Below are positions 40,401-52,300 of a DNA stretch of 64,000 nucleotides, piece after piece. The DNA lies in assembly GCA_036172245.1 (NCBI GenBank), contig JAYWIR010000028.1:310001-374000 (forward strand). The letters are read 5' to 3'. The translations under genes were made by a program, and so were the position numbers. This DNA comes from Raillietiella orientalis (Eukaryota). The notes below the pieces were generated by a model that had not been told where the DNA came from, did no database searches, and saw only the letters and a list, made by a program, of their open reading frames with translations. How positions within the stretch are numbered: position 1 is the first letter of the stretch; each line of letters opens with the position of its first letter.

Positions 40401-43400
40401 TGTCCAGGCTGAGGCCAAACCCGCACGATCTTCCGGCAGGAGAATTCTCATTTCGGTGGCCCTCTTCCTCCCGGAGAAGAGAGTTGAGGAGGAGCGGTGA
40501 TTATGACAGTGAGGATGTCCTCAATGATGGCGGGGATGAGGAAAAGGAAACGGGGGAGGAGGAAGAGAAGGAAGAGGAATGGAGGAGAAGGAAAGGAGGA
40601 GGAAAAATTCTCAGTGTTCTGACGTCCTCTCCCTCCAGAACGAGTCAGACGCTACTGGCTCGCCGGTGGTCCAAATACGCAACGCGACCACCCAAGCTGC
40701 GCAATTCCCCATCTCCTCTTCTAGCCCCCTATTGTCCTCCTGCGTAAGCGCTAGGTCAATCCCCGCTCTTGTAGACGGCACCTACTCTTCATTGTCACCG
40801 ATGTCGGCGCCAGGTCAAAGCCAGCGTTGTTGTGGGCGGTGCACTCGTAGGTTCCCTCGTCCGTCTCCTGCAAGTCCGAGAGCGTCAGGACCCCATCTGG
40901 ACCGATCCTAAGTGAGAAGAGAAATCCTTCATTAGATGCAGCTACCCAAAGGGTCCTCTGGTGGTGCAGGAAGAGACGGAAATGGCGATGTCCACAGAGA
41001 CTTCTGGTTTGACGGGTCTGCCCAGTCTGATCGCTTCTCCGTGTGCCAATGGGCGCTTTCCTTTGTCGGGAGAAGGAACGCGCCTTCGAGGCGGGCTAGG
41101 GGAGGAGGGGATGCGGTAACTGCTCTTGTGGGAACCCGGATGAAGCGCATGAGGAGCGCGTCTGGGAGGTTGGTGAAAGGAAGGGCCGCCACTATTCATC
41201 CTCCTGTGAATCCGCTACCCACGTGAGGGAGGGGGCGGTATCGTGGGGTAGCTTACCCCCCATTTGTCCTAGATGACAAAGTGCGGCGCATGGGGTGTCC
41301 TCTGAGGTGTCAGGCAGTGAGGTAGCGGCTGACCGCGATCCTGAAGGGAACATACGAGCAGCTGCCTCCATGAATTGCGGGCCAAAAAAGAGTGTTGGAA
41401 AAGGCACTCTTTCCTGGCCTGACTTTCTCTTCGTGGTCTGCCCCCTTCCCTCTCCCCCCGCGTGTCCGCGGCAGCTGCAAGTCCTTCTACCACGGGAGGC
41501 CAGCGCGCTTTTCCTGTGTTCGCGTCCGGATATCTAGGGCGGATGCAGCTGGCCCCAGATGGCGAGCAGCGGCGCCTCATCCCTCTGATCGAGGCGCGAG
41601 GGATGGCGCCGCTGCCAGTCCCCTTTGTGGTGCGTCCCCCTTCGCTCACCGAGCGCGCGCCGACTTTTCGCCTTCGTCATCGGCAGGAGCTGCAGCACGA
41701 AGCGATGGCAACCTCGGCGTAACGCGCTCTCTTGGACGTTCCGCGTCCCAGCTGACCACACCGGGAGATCGAATCCCCCGAGGCAAAAGCACAAACCCGT
41801 CAACCCCTACAGAACAGGGCAGGGTGCTTCCGGGAGACTTCGCGAGGTGCTGTGCATTCGTCCCTTTGTAAGACCGGACGGATGGGAAAGGGAAGAGGGG
41901 CTGTACCGAGTCATGGACCCGTTTCAGGCGTATCTGCTTTTCGTTCATGCCCGCGAAGGGGACGTTGGCAAGTGCCTTTTCGCCATCCCCCGTGCCTGGA
42001 GATTAGGGTCACCCTTCGTTCTCCCCCCTTCTCCTCCTCTAAACGCTGGTGTCCTGAGGAGCGAAAGGGACAAGCCATTACCTGATTTTGGCCCCGTCGT
42101 CGCTCAGCAGCTGCCCCCGCCTGGTCCAGCTGATGGCCGGCTTGGGGAAGCCGATAGCCGAGCACCTCAGAAGGACCGTGGTGTGAGCGGGAGCGGAAAC
42201 GGCGGCCGTGGTCTCCACGATCCACGGTCTGGAGCTCTCATGGACGGTCAGCTCCACGGAGCTGCTGTCCGTTCCGACGCCGTTATATGCCTCGCAGACG
42301 TACACCCCGCTGTCCGACTCCCGGGAGTTCTGGATGAGGAGATGGGTGCCTGAAACACCGGAGAGCTGAAGCTCAGGGATTCATCTTTCCGGGTGCTGGG
42401 GCGCACCGTCCTTGAAGGATTTGATCCTCTTCTCCAGCACGAGAGCCCTGTTGATCCTCCTCCATCTGACAGCCGGCGGTGGGTATCCCTCGGCCTCGCA
42501 TACCAGTTCGGCCGTGGCCCCCACTAGGGCCTCTCTGTTCTCGGGCGCCTTCCTGAATGCGGGAGGGGCTGCAAGGTTCGAGAGGGAAGTGAGGGGAGCG
42601 AAGCAGCGCACGCGCCGTTCGGGCAGACGGCGGCGGCGGTGTGCATTGAAGAAAGGAGAAAGGGAAAAAGGGAAATCCCGCCACACAAAGGTCAGTAGGG
42701 AATGCTTCTCTGACCTCACCTAGCACGGTGAGCACCATCGAGGAGTCGGCCCTGCCCAGGAAGTTGGCCGCCGAGCACGTGTACACCCCGGCATCCGCGG
42801 CGTCCACTTCCTCCATGGTGAGCGTCCCTTCGGGAGAGACCTGCACGGAGTCCACCGCCGCCTTCCGACAGAGCCCCTCTTCGCCTTCCCCCTCCTGACC
42901 TTGTGCCTCTCGCTGGCTTCCAGGAGCTGCCCGTCCTTGACCCAGCTGATGTCCGGGTGGGGGTCTCCCTTCACCGCGCAGGAGATGGAGACGGCATCTC
43001 CCCTAAGGACCTTCTGATCGAGGGGCGGGTCCACGACGAACGGAGGCGAGGTCGCTGCGCTGGAGGAGTGAGAGAGGACGGCCGCGCAGGGGGGATGCCC
43101 CCCTCTCCAGCAGCCCGGTGCCACTTACTGTTGGCGCTCTCGTTCGGATCGTAGATGGAGACGTGGGCACTCCTCGACCTGACCGTCCCCTCGGACGACG
43201 ACGCCACGCACTCATACGCGCCCACGTCCTCCTCCCGCAGGTCGCTGATCAGCAGAGACCCGTCATCCAGGACGGAGTGCCTCTCCGTGGCTGCCGGCAC
43301 CACCTCAGAGCTAGAAGAAGGACCGACGAGCACCGTGCGAGCGGCAAGGCAGAATGGAATGCTCTTACCCGTTGTGCATCCAGGTCACCAGGGGTTCCGG

Positions 43401-46400
43401 ATCACCCGAGGCCTTGCACCGGAAGGCGATCGTGTCCCCAGCTATCGCCTCGACGTCCTCGGGTTCCCTCAGGATGGCGGGTGGCTCTAAAAGGAAAAGA
43501 GGAGCGGTGCTCGGGGCGGAAGAGCGCCACCGCACTGACGGCATGGAGGTGGCTTGCGGAAGAGCAGCAGGTCGCGCAGGGTCGCTCCCGAGATCGCCTC
43601 CGGCGAGCCGCACGTCCCGGTGACGAGCGCGGAGGAGTTCCTCCCGATGACTAGCTCCACCATGCGGAGGGCGCCACAGTCGCAGGTCAGCGGGTTCGCA
43701 TCCAGATGGCTGGAAGAGGGAGCACCACTTGAAGGAGGCCCTCACGCGCCTTTCGACACCCCCTGCTCTTCGGAGCCTCTGTCGAAGGGTCCCCGTGAGT
43801 CTGCTGCGCGTCCCCCGGGAACAGCCGGGAAGTGCCGGCACGCTTCCTGGAGGAAGGAGGCGAACCCGAGGCAGATAGGCGCGAGAGGCGCCATCCAAGG
43901 CTTTGTTACGCTACGCCCCTAAGGTCATCCCAGTGTTCCAGGAGAGTCTCACTCCCCCCTTCCTTCCCACGACCTCTGCTGAGCAAAAGAGAGCTCAGTG
44001 CAGCTCCAGCGCCTTCTGGAGGCAACTTGGGACCGCACCCCACCCTCCTTCGCTCGCTCAGCCATCGCCTGGAAACCCTCCCCTCCCCTCGTCCCTCACT
44101 CTTTTGCCCCGGAGACTCTGTCTTCTTTTTTTCTTTCTGTGTGCATGGGGGGGGGAGGGTGGAAGGAAGGGAGGGGAGGGGGTTCTCTGTGGAAACGGCA
44201 TGTATTCCCTGCCCTGCTTGTAGTCTAATTGGATTATCTTCCCGTTTCTTGCGAGCAGTCACGCACGCGAGAGGCCTAATTGAGCCTTAAATGGGGAGCG
44301 GGAGCAAGGGAACGGGGAAGCGCGGTCGCATCTGGGATCAGCTGTGGGATATTCCCGGCGCAGCCTCTTCCCTCGGATGCAATAAATCCACCCAGCTCGC
44401 AAGCACAAGGGAACGCTTGGGGGGAAGGGGAAGCAGGGTCTGTCTGACTGTCCCCTCGGGAAACACTCGGCAGGATTGCTGCGGGCGAAGGACGCGGCGA
44501 ACTGGCGACGTCCCCGAAGTGGGGATGCTTCCGTGCGAGTCTGGCCTTCCCTCTAGCCCTCGGGGTGTGTGGGAAAGGAAAGTGAAGTGGATAGGAATCT
44601 CCAAAGCTCTTCCCGTTCCACGGGAGTGCTGTTGTGAGGCAGGACAACCCCTGCGCGCATCCCGGTAGCAGTGTGGCCGACTCGTCCCCTTGGAGCCGTC
44701 CCGTTCCGGAAAACAGTCGCGGCGCAACCTTCTCTTCCGGTGACTCCCAGGCGCTTCCGGGTTTGGTCGCGCTCCAGGAGAGGCCGGCGACCCGGTCCCG
44801 CCTTCCCACAGGATCCCGGAGCTCCTCCGCGTGGCCGCGCTGTCCTTGGTTCGCCTCCGTTCCGGGGGAAGGCGCTGCTCGACCTCTTCCCGGAGCACCG
44901 CGATAAGCCAGGCTTCTCTTCAAGTACCGTCCTTGACAGCGCCTCCCACCTCTGAAGCTCTAGTTCCGGGATAACAGCTCCGACTCTGCACTGCGGTCCT
45001 CCTTACTCGACGGTGGGTTCATCCGGACCACCTCGGACTTTCACTTCCGTTCGCGGCCGGCGCGTCGCCAGGCAGCCGAGTTTGCTGCGGTCCCTTCGCT
45101 GCCAGCCAAGCCACGTTCACCGGAAGGTAGATGGGTAATTCTGTGGGGACGACCCATGAGCCGGGAGGGCCACTCGGTGAGCTCGTCAGGGACCGTGGAC
45201 TTTCCGCTTCTCCAAAGCGAGGACTCGTTGCATCGCCCGCAGCCACTTCCGGCCAGTGAGGAGTTGTGCTGTGAGGCACGTCGGCATCTTTGGGGGGCCG
45301 TCCACACTGCAGTTACCCACGGACGTTAAATCCACCTGCAGCCATCTCAGATTCTGATAAAATAGTGGTTCTTCTTTCCGGGAATGCTTGCGGGGGTTTT
45401 CGAGGTGGAGGCTGGAGATCTTCGTCTCCAAGACGACTGAGGTGAGGTGAAGGAACCTCTGAGGAGATAGATGGTGCCCACCGCCCTGTGTAGCACCCAT
45501 ACCTGCAACGACGTAGGACGAAACGATGAAGAAAGGACGAACATCTTCCCGGTGGCACTGGAGAGAGCCTAACGGGCGGGTGGTTCAAGGAGGCCGTTCC
45601 CTGGACCCCGTCCCGTCGCCTTCGATGTGTCCAATGCCTGCGCCGCACCGGAATCTTTGCGCCCCAGGTCTTCCAAGAGCACTTCAGAGACTCGCCCCGA
45701 GGGAAAAGACAGAGTCCGCTGTGCACTCTCTTGGGCAAGCGTCGCACTCCCTCCTGTAGTTGAGACGCTAAACCGCGAGATGCCAGCTGTTGAAGCGGGA
45801 ACTCCGTTGAACGTGTGCAGCAACCTCAGAGCGATTCCGACGTGGAGCTGCGTCCGAGGTCATCCACAGTCACCGTGCTGACGCAGCTGCGCCACCGACG
45901 AGCATAAGTGAGTTCGGCCCCAGCTCGCCCCTGATTGCACAAAGGCGTTGCTTGGAAACCTTCGAAAGCTCTGGCGATCACTCGTCTCTCCGTGATGACG
46001 ATTCCCTGGACGCAGGATGCCCATTCGACGCATGAAGCCCCTCGGAGCGCGGCGGCGCCGACCCCAGACTTCACTCGAGGTTCTCGCCACCCCCACGGCC
46101 GTTCCTCGGAAAATACGCTAGAATGCAGAGGACGCTCTTCTCCGTTCGAAGCAGGGGCGCAACTGACTTGACCCCGTGCTGCGCACCAATGGCAGGATGT
46201 CATGGGAAACCTGCTCCCGCCCCCAGCGAAGACGCGGACATGGCCATGCATTCAAGTGGGCTCTCTTGTGAGCTACGGGTCGTCTTCGGCGAGAGAGGCA
46301 GGTGGAGGCACCGAGAGCTTCTGGAATGGAGGGATCAAGGGTGATCGAGGCTCGCATTGGAAACCCCACGGTCCCTGTCTCGGAGGCTTCTTAGACGTCC

Positions 46401-49384
46401 CCGCTGTCATGTCAGAGCAAGGAGGAGCAGACATCAACAGGCTGTTGAAGCGGGAACGAAATTCTCTCAGGCATTCTCAATGTGGTTTCTTCGCCGTGGG
46501 AAGAGCCGTTTCACGTTGATGTGCAGATGCAAGCGGTTTCTCGGGACGGCTTCCCTTTCTTTCCTCCGGAGCTCCCTGTGCCGTTCAAAAAACTTTCGGA
46601 AACTTCCCGTCGAGGACCCCTGTCGTCAGAGAGACGGCTTCCGGTAGCTCACTGTCCCTTAGGGCACCATCTGTTGAAGATGGGTTCCTCGCTGCCTCCC
46701 TTCACCGACCGACGTCTCCTCCGCGACTTCCAAACATCCTGCCTTATGCGCCGCTGCATGTGGTGCCATGCAGTGCCGACCAGAGAGAGCGGAGAACCAG
46801 TGGAGTCGCTCCGCTGCACCTCGTTCACGTGACCCACCATCAGGGCAACCGATGGGGCATGATGAAGCCGAATCTTTCCGGAGTCGAGATGCCCTCCACA
46901 GAGCATCTGACGCCATCTGTGAGGATCCTTGAGAAGTTTCCCTTGAGTTTCGTAAATCTTCAGCCTTGGGAAGGAGCTGCGCGCGTTCAATGGAGTTCCC
47001 GCTTCAACAGCTGGCATCTCGCGGTTTAGCGTCTCAACTACAGGAGGGAGTGCGACGCTTGCCCAAGAGAGTGCACAGCGGACTCTGTCTTTTCCCTCGG
47101 GGCGAGTCTCTGAAGTGCTCTTGGAAGACCTGGGGCGCAAAGATTCCGGTGCGGCGCAGGCATTGGACACATCGAAGGCGACGGGACGGGGTCCAGGGAA
47201 CGGCCTCCTTGAACCACCCGCCCGTTAGGCTCTCTCCAGTGCCACCGGGAAGATGTTCGTCCTTTCTTCATCGTTTCGTCCTACGTCGTTGCAGGTATGG
47301 GTGCTACACAGGGCGGTGGGCACCATCTATCTCCTCAGAGGTTCCTTCACCTCACCTCCGTCGTCTTGGAGGCGAGGATCCCCCCACCTGCGAACGTTCC
47401 GTCAGGAAGTCTGGAGGCGCTCTTCCCGAATGCATTGAGCCGCGTATCCTCTCTATCGCGCGGGCGCGCTGGGGTGAACATCGACTTTCGGGAGGCAGCG
47501 AGGACCCTTGGTTGAGTGCCTCTTTCAGGAGGCTGACCTCAGAGAAGCACGTAGAAGTGTCCACGGCGGGAGGCTGAGTGACTCGGAGGATTCCCGGTGA
47601 TCATCCGCACGGAGAGGGTCGGTGACGCGGTGGCGAGGACGTGAGTCGGTCCTGGGAGTCAGCGTCCATCCTTCCTCTCGTGGTGGGAATCGCGGAAGGC
47701 GGATGCCCCATCGCTCTTGTCTTCCCGCGTGAGCACCCCACCGCGGGACGAGGAGGCGGCCTGGCTACCACTCCCTCGGAGGGTGCTTTTTTTTCTAGAG
47801 GGCAGGAAGTCCTTGAGCGCACTTCAGGGAAGGACGCACACACGTCTCATCACCCAAGGTCGGGGGTGTGGGTGGGGTGGGATGCTTGTGGAAGAAAGGG
47901 GAAGATGCCGGGGTCTCCTCTTGGAGGATTTCCAAGCAAAAGGAACGTGAAGCGCGCCCCACTTTCCTGTCGTTTCTCTTCTGGGTGGAGGCTACAGGAG
48001 AAGCAGCAGGGCTGAAGGATGCGGCAGCTGCTTCTCTCTCCCATTTGTCAGACTAACCACCGTCCCTCCGCCAGATCCGCCGGGAGACGCTGCGGCTCGT
48101 CCGCTACGGCAGCCGAGATCATCCCCTCCTTTCCCTACGCGTTCCCAAGGAAGCAGGCAAATGGGGCAGCGTCGAGAGCGAGAGCGTGGTCCTCCTCCGT
48201 AGCGCGGCCCTCGCCCCAGAGAGAGCGGAGTTCTGCGTAAAAAGAACGGGACTTTCCTGCCACTGCCTTTCTCCTCAACTGTTCCTTTCGCGTGTTCACG
48301 GGAGCTGCGCGCATACGAGAAGATCCCAGAAGGACCTTCCTGCAAAAAGGAGAGCGCCCCCCTCCTTCTTACTCACAGGGCGTTCAGCCTTCGTAGATGC
48401 TCCAGGGGTCCGGGTTGCAGGTACTTAATCGCGTTGAACCTCAGGTCCCTGAAAGCAGAAGGGGGGAGCGTCAGGACGTCAGGATGAGCAGCGGAAAGCG
48501 GTCGGGAGCTCCTGGGAGAAGAAGGGAAGCTCTGGCAAGATGCGAGCGTCAGGACCCCTCCTCTGCTCTTTCTCCTCCTTCCAGTTGCTTCCAGGAGGGA
48601 TCGCGTAAAGCATCGCTTCAGTCTCCCTCTCCAGCGTCCGCATGGCGGTTTCCGGATGAGAGGCGACTGAGTAGAGCTTTTTGGAGCCATCATGGCTGAG
48701 AGGGACGCGCGGGTGGGGGACAGTGGTAAAGGAAAGAGACAGGAGTTTCAGGATTCGCGCCCTGGGATGTGTCCGAGGGGCCGTCGAAGTTTCCCTTGGA
48801 CTCTTCGGCAAGAAGCATCAAGGTCGCGCGCAGTCCCTGCCCCTTTGTTCCGTGGGCCTGTTGAGAGATGCGGATCTCTCCATGGGAGCCCTCGACGCGC
48901 CTTATAGGGTCTGTCGAAAATGGGGGGAGGGGAGCTCAAGAAGAGGAGCGACCCTTGGGACCATTGCTCTTTGGCTCCTTTGCCATCGGTGGCTACTGAG
49001 GAGGCTAGGAGAAGTGAGAAAAGGCGGACGCGACCCTACCTCCGGTTCCACAGCAGCTCTCTTCCCTATCCCTCAAGTTCCGCTCGGGATGAGGAAATAA
49101 AGCGACTGATCCCGCCGAAACGAGCGAAGTGAAGGAAGAGAAGGAAAAGGCGGCAGAAGAGACAACTCGCTTCCCCTCTCTCTCACTCAGACTTACAGGA
49201 CCGCAGCGTTTTCCGGGATGCCGTCGGGGACATATTCCAGGTTCAGGAGGGTGCATCGGACCCGCTCCTCGAGGCAGGAGCATCCTCCGGGACACGGGTA
49301 GTCTCCCTGAGCGAAGAAGAAGAAACCAAGGCAGACGCACAGGAGAGCCGCCTCCCTCCATTCCGACGTCCCAAGGCACCTCAT
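31444..49384 (-). CDS. Pxn: Peroxidasin; exons 49197-49384, 48377-48448, 43540-43709, 43369-43486, 43129-43310, 42900-43054, 42720-42840, 42407-42568, 42082-42349, 40786-40907, 39554-39829, 39254-39484, 38931-39138, 36125-36317, 31947-32832, 31738-31855, 31444-31672
   Basis: Signal peptide, LRRNT (CPGGCSC), LRR (DLRFNAIK), LRRCT ([10 protein letters not shown]), four Ig domains (D.G.Y.C), then [20 protein letters not shown] (distal His), [15 protein letters not shown] (Ca loop), [17 protein letters not shown] (proximal His), [10 protein letters not shown] and RDGDRFWYE. Junctions are GT-AG and in phase. Confidence 0.93.
33950..35550 (-). mobile_element. Decayed Ty3/gypsy RT/integrase remnant within a peroxidasin intron
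   Basis: [12 protein letters not shown] near 34240-34270 resembles the integrase LVVVD.FSR motif, and there are weak RT-like peptides near 35300-35450. Confidence 0.35.
39804..39829 (-). repeat. Coding (GGC)n repeat giving a poly-Gly linker between Ig4 and the peroxidase propeptide
   Basis: A GCC run on the plus strand at the start of exon 39554-39829. Confidence 0.8.
45417..47380. repeat. Long inverted repeat: arms 45417-45821 and 46976-47380 (about 405 bp), spacer about 1.15 kb
   Basis: The arms are reverse complements with only a few mismatches near their ends. Identical peptides appear on opposite strands in the ORF track (e.g. [12 protein letters not shown]..., 77 aa). Confidence 0.97.
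46300..47400 (+). mobile_element. Decayed L1/Tx1-type reverse transcriptase fragment, antisense in a peroxidasin intron
   Basis: [10 protein letters not shown] (cf. KGD..NWRP), [24 protein letters not shown] (NRL-x11-Q.GF..GR) and [17 protein letters not shown] (cf. EKAFDRV.H..L...L.KMG) occur in RT order. Confidence 0.65.
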
Positions 49385-52300
49385 ACCGGCTGCCCTCGAA
49401 CAGGCGGGCCCCCTAGCAACGAGGCAGCCTCTTCGGGAAGGTCCGAACTCTCGTGATGTGCACCATGCACGCGCGCGCGCGCCTGCAAACGTGCGAGACG
49501 GCGGAGGAAGCGGAGCCACCACCCTCTTTCCTCCCCCTTTCCCCTGCTCGTCTCCCGCCACGCCGACATCCAGACGCAATCCAGATATCGGCCGCCGCCG
49601 CCTCACCTCCTCCTCCTGGGCGCGCGCTTGAGAGGGCCGTCTGGAGAGGAGGAACAGAAAGTTACCTTTCCAGGCGTGAGCAGAACGCCGGCGCTCGCGC
49701 TTTCCGGCTCCGGGAATCCTGTAACCCAAGAACGGCTGCCGCACCCTGCTATTCCAGGCCAATGTCACGGGGGCAGGTTCTGGGAGCGCCGCAGCCAGCA
49801 AGAGAAGGGCCGCGTAGACGAAGAAAAGGAAGGGAAAAAAAAGAAGAGGGGATGCGGGGAAGGAGTGGATGGAAGGGTCCGTCCCACAGGGGTACGACGA
49901 TGAAGAGAAATATTCCCACTCCTCCTCCAGGGCGGAAAGCAGGTCAAAAGCGGGTTGGACACTCTTCTCGAGGTGTTTCTCGAGCTCGAGTGGCGTTGCC
50001 CCGTCCGTTCGCAAAGGCGCCGCATCGCCATCGTTGGCTCCTTCCACCCCTCGTTCGAATGGCACGGCACCGACCCTGCTCAGCCGGAATACGAAGCGGG
50101 GAAATAGGGAAGGATGCAATAGGGAAGGATGACTCTGGAAGGAAGAAGGGATAGTGAGGTCCTGAGTCAAGGGGTTGAGGGGGAGAGGGCAGGGTTTCGT
50201 TGGGTGCCTCGGCCAGCCACGGATCGACCCATGCACCTCCTTGTCCTTTTCGGCAGAGGTTTCCAGGCTCGCAGAGGAAAGACGGGGAACTCTGTAGGCG
50301 AAGGACACACATCCAAGGAGTTCGTTCTGAAACGAAAGTCCCGAGGTCGTTCATTCAGTCGGCGGCTCTCTTCCCACTCGATCGTTCTCAGCCACATCTC
50401 GCGGTTCCTGAGAAAACTCGCTTAGACTTTCGAAGATTTCCCCAAGATGTCAGGAGCTCCGCCCTCGAGGAAGGCCTGCGGACGAAGCGATACGAGGTGC
50501 TAAATCGCGCAGTGCGTCGAAGAAGTCTTATCCAAATTCCGTGCTTCTTCAAGGCTCCCACCTGGTGCCTCCGCCTACGAAAGGAAGCTGCAGAACAAAA
50601 ACATCTCCTTCCTCTTCGACGGAGGGAGAAGGGGGGGGGGAGTTCCAGGAGCGCTACGTCGCTCGGTTGGTGGCCACAAGGAAGAGACGACGTCGACGTT
50701 AAAGAATCGTCCCAGTCTTCTTTTCTCCCAGTCTCCATGAGTCTTTCTCTGCTGCTTTTGCTGCTGGTGTCCGGGTCGCGTCTGCCGAGGCACCTACGGG
50801 ATCTGTGAAGCAATTTTTGGCGACAACGGCTCAAGGAACTGTTTCCGTCCCAGAGGTGCCAGTTTTTTCACCGGTTCCCACGAGGAAATTTAAGGATTAG
50901 ACCCCAGAATGGTGGCAGTGAGAATAGGAGCAGAGGTAGCCTCGTCGATGTTTGGTCATTAGAAGAAGGACACCCGTATCTCAAGGTCAAGAGCACCAGC
51001 ACCAACAGCAACGTCAATGGAGGCGAGGATGGCGATGGAGTTGCTTCCACGCCATGAGAAGAATCCGCAATCCCCACAAATGCAATGGAGGGGCCGGAGG
51101 AATGGGGCTTGGAGCGCTCTAGCCACAGTAACCGTCCGCTGTTTCATCCTCCAGTTTATCTCGAAGCGCCACGCCTACCCGAGGGCCGCAGCACCAGCGG
51201 ACATGAAGAATCCACCTTGTTGTCTGTGGACTCCTCTTCAGCCTTCTGGCTCAGTCCACTCCCTGTTTCACTCTTCCACGCTGACGAAGGCTGTGCAGCT
51301 CGTCCGCGAAGGCACCAGGGGTGGAAGGGGGGTTTTTCCCTAGCGGAAAGGATTTTTCCCGGATTGCTGGTTTCGCTGTTCCCGGATTTCCGGAGCGAGG
51401 AAACCCTTTCCCACGAGCCACCCTCGTGACCGAAGAAACGCCTTTTCCAGGTGTTTCACGCCCATGGGATTGTGTTTCCTTTCGGCGTTTCGCTGCATTC
51501 CTTCAGGGTCGTCATTGCCGGAAGCGGGAACGATGAGCCAGGCATACAGAAAAGTGAGATCCACTTCCCAACAGGGTGGATCTCTCCTGGGTGCTTTTCC
51601 TATCTTGCCCTTCCCGGAGTATCCCCCAGCAAAGTGGTTCCTATCGATTTCCGTAGCCTGTCGCTGATTTTTTCAGGCTGATCAAGGAGACCCTCCCACG
51701 TTAGCTGCAATTTCGTCACTCTGGAGCTGCTGATCCTATGGGAGATGGACGGAGGGAAGGAAGTTACTGCACTCAGGCACTCGTCTTCAGGAAGTCGGTG
51801 GTCATCTTGCACCGGCTGTCCTTGCCAACTGGATCAACAAGCAATCCTACGTATTTGCTCCTTTGTCTTAAGAGCAAAGATGAAAGCGAACGCAATGTGA
51901 GTGACCTTCCTGTCAACAACGTGCAAGTTGGCACTCGAAGTACCTCGTCCACAGATCGTGGGATTCCTTCCTTGCGTTTCGAAAATCCTTCCGTGTGCTT
52001 TTCTGCCAGCTGGACACCACTCGTCCCACCCTATTCTCCCGAGAGCTCCTGTTCTAAAGGCGCGTTCCAGGAGGAGATTCGACTTCACAGCTACGTCCCG
52101 TGGCGTCATCCGGCTGCAGGCTCTGCCTTTCCATCTGATTTCCAGTTGAAATCTTCCCCACGACTACGCAGACTCTCCATCTCCATCTTTGATGGCAGAA
52201 TTCTCATCCAGCAAACAAGAGTGGGATGAGTTTCTCTTCGATATAATATAAAGACATAAAATTCAGTCTTAGCAGCCGAACTCAAAGTGGACCACCTTCT

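Noticed and set aside
45339..45410. Possible 72-nt LRR exon (LHLENPRK...NLRWL)
   Set aside because: The spacing does not fit LxLxxN and there is no GT donor at the needed position.
45417..47380. DNA transposon or MITE with long TIRs
   Set aside because: The arms are LINE RT-derived sequence continuous with the spacer. No transposase or TSD was seen.
49385..50308. Long upstream part of the 371-aa ORF as peroxidasin N-terminus
   Set aside because: The signal peptide begins at the ATG at 49384, and the upstream translation has no domain features.
51600..52250. RTE-like LINE remnant (LWTRYFECQL)
   Set aside because: Only one suggestive peptide, too weak to call.
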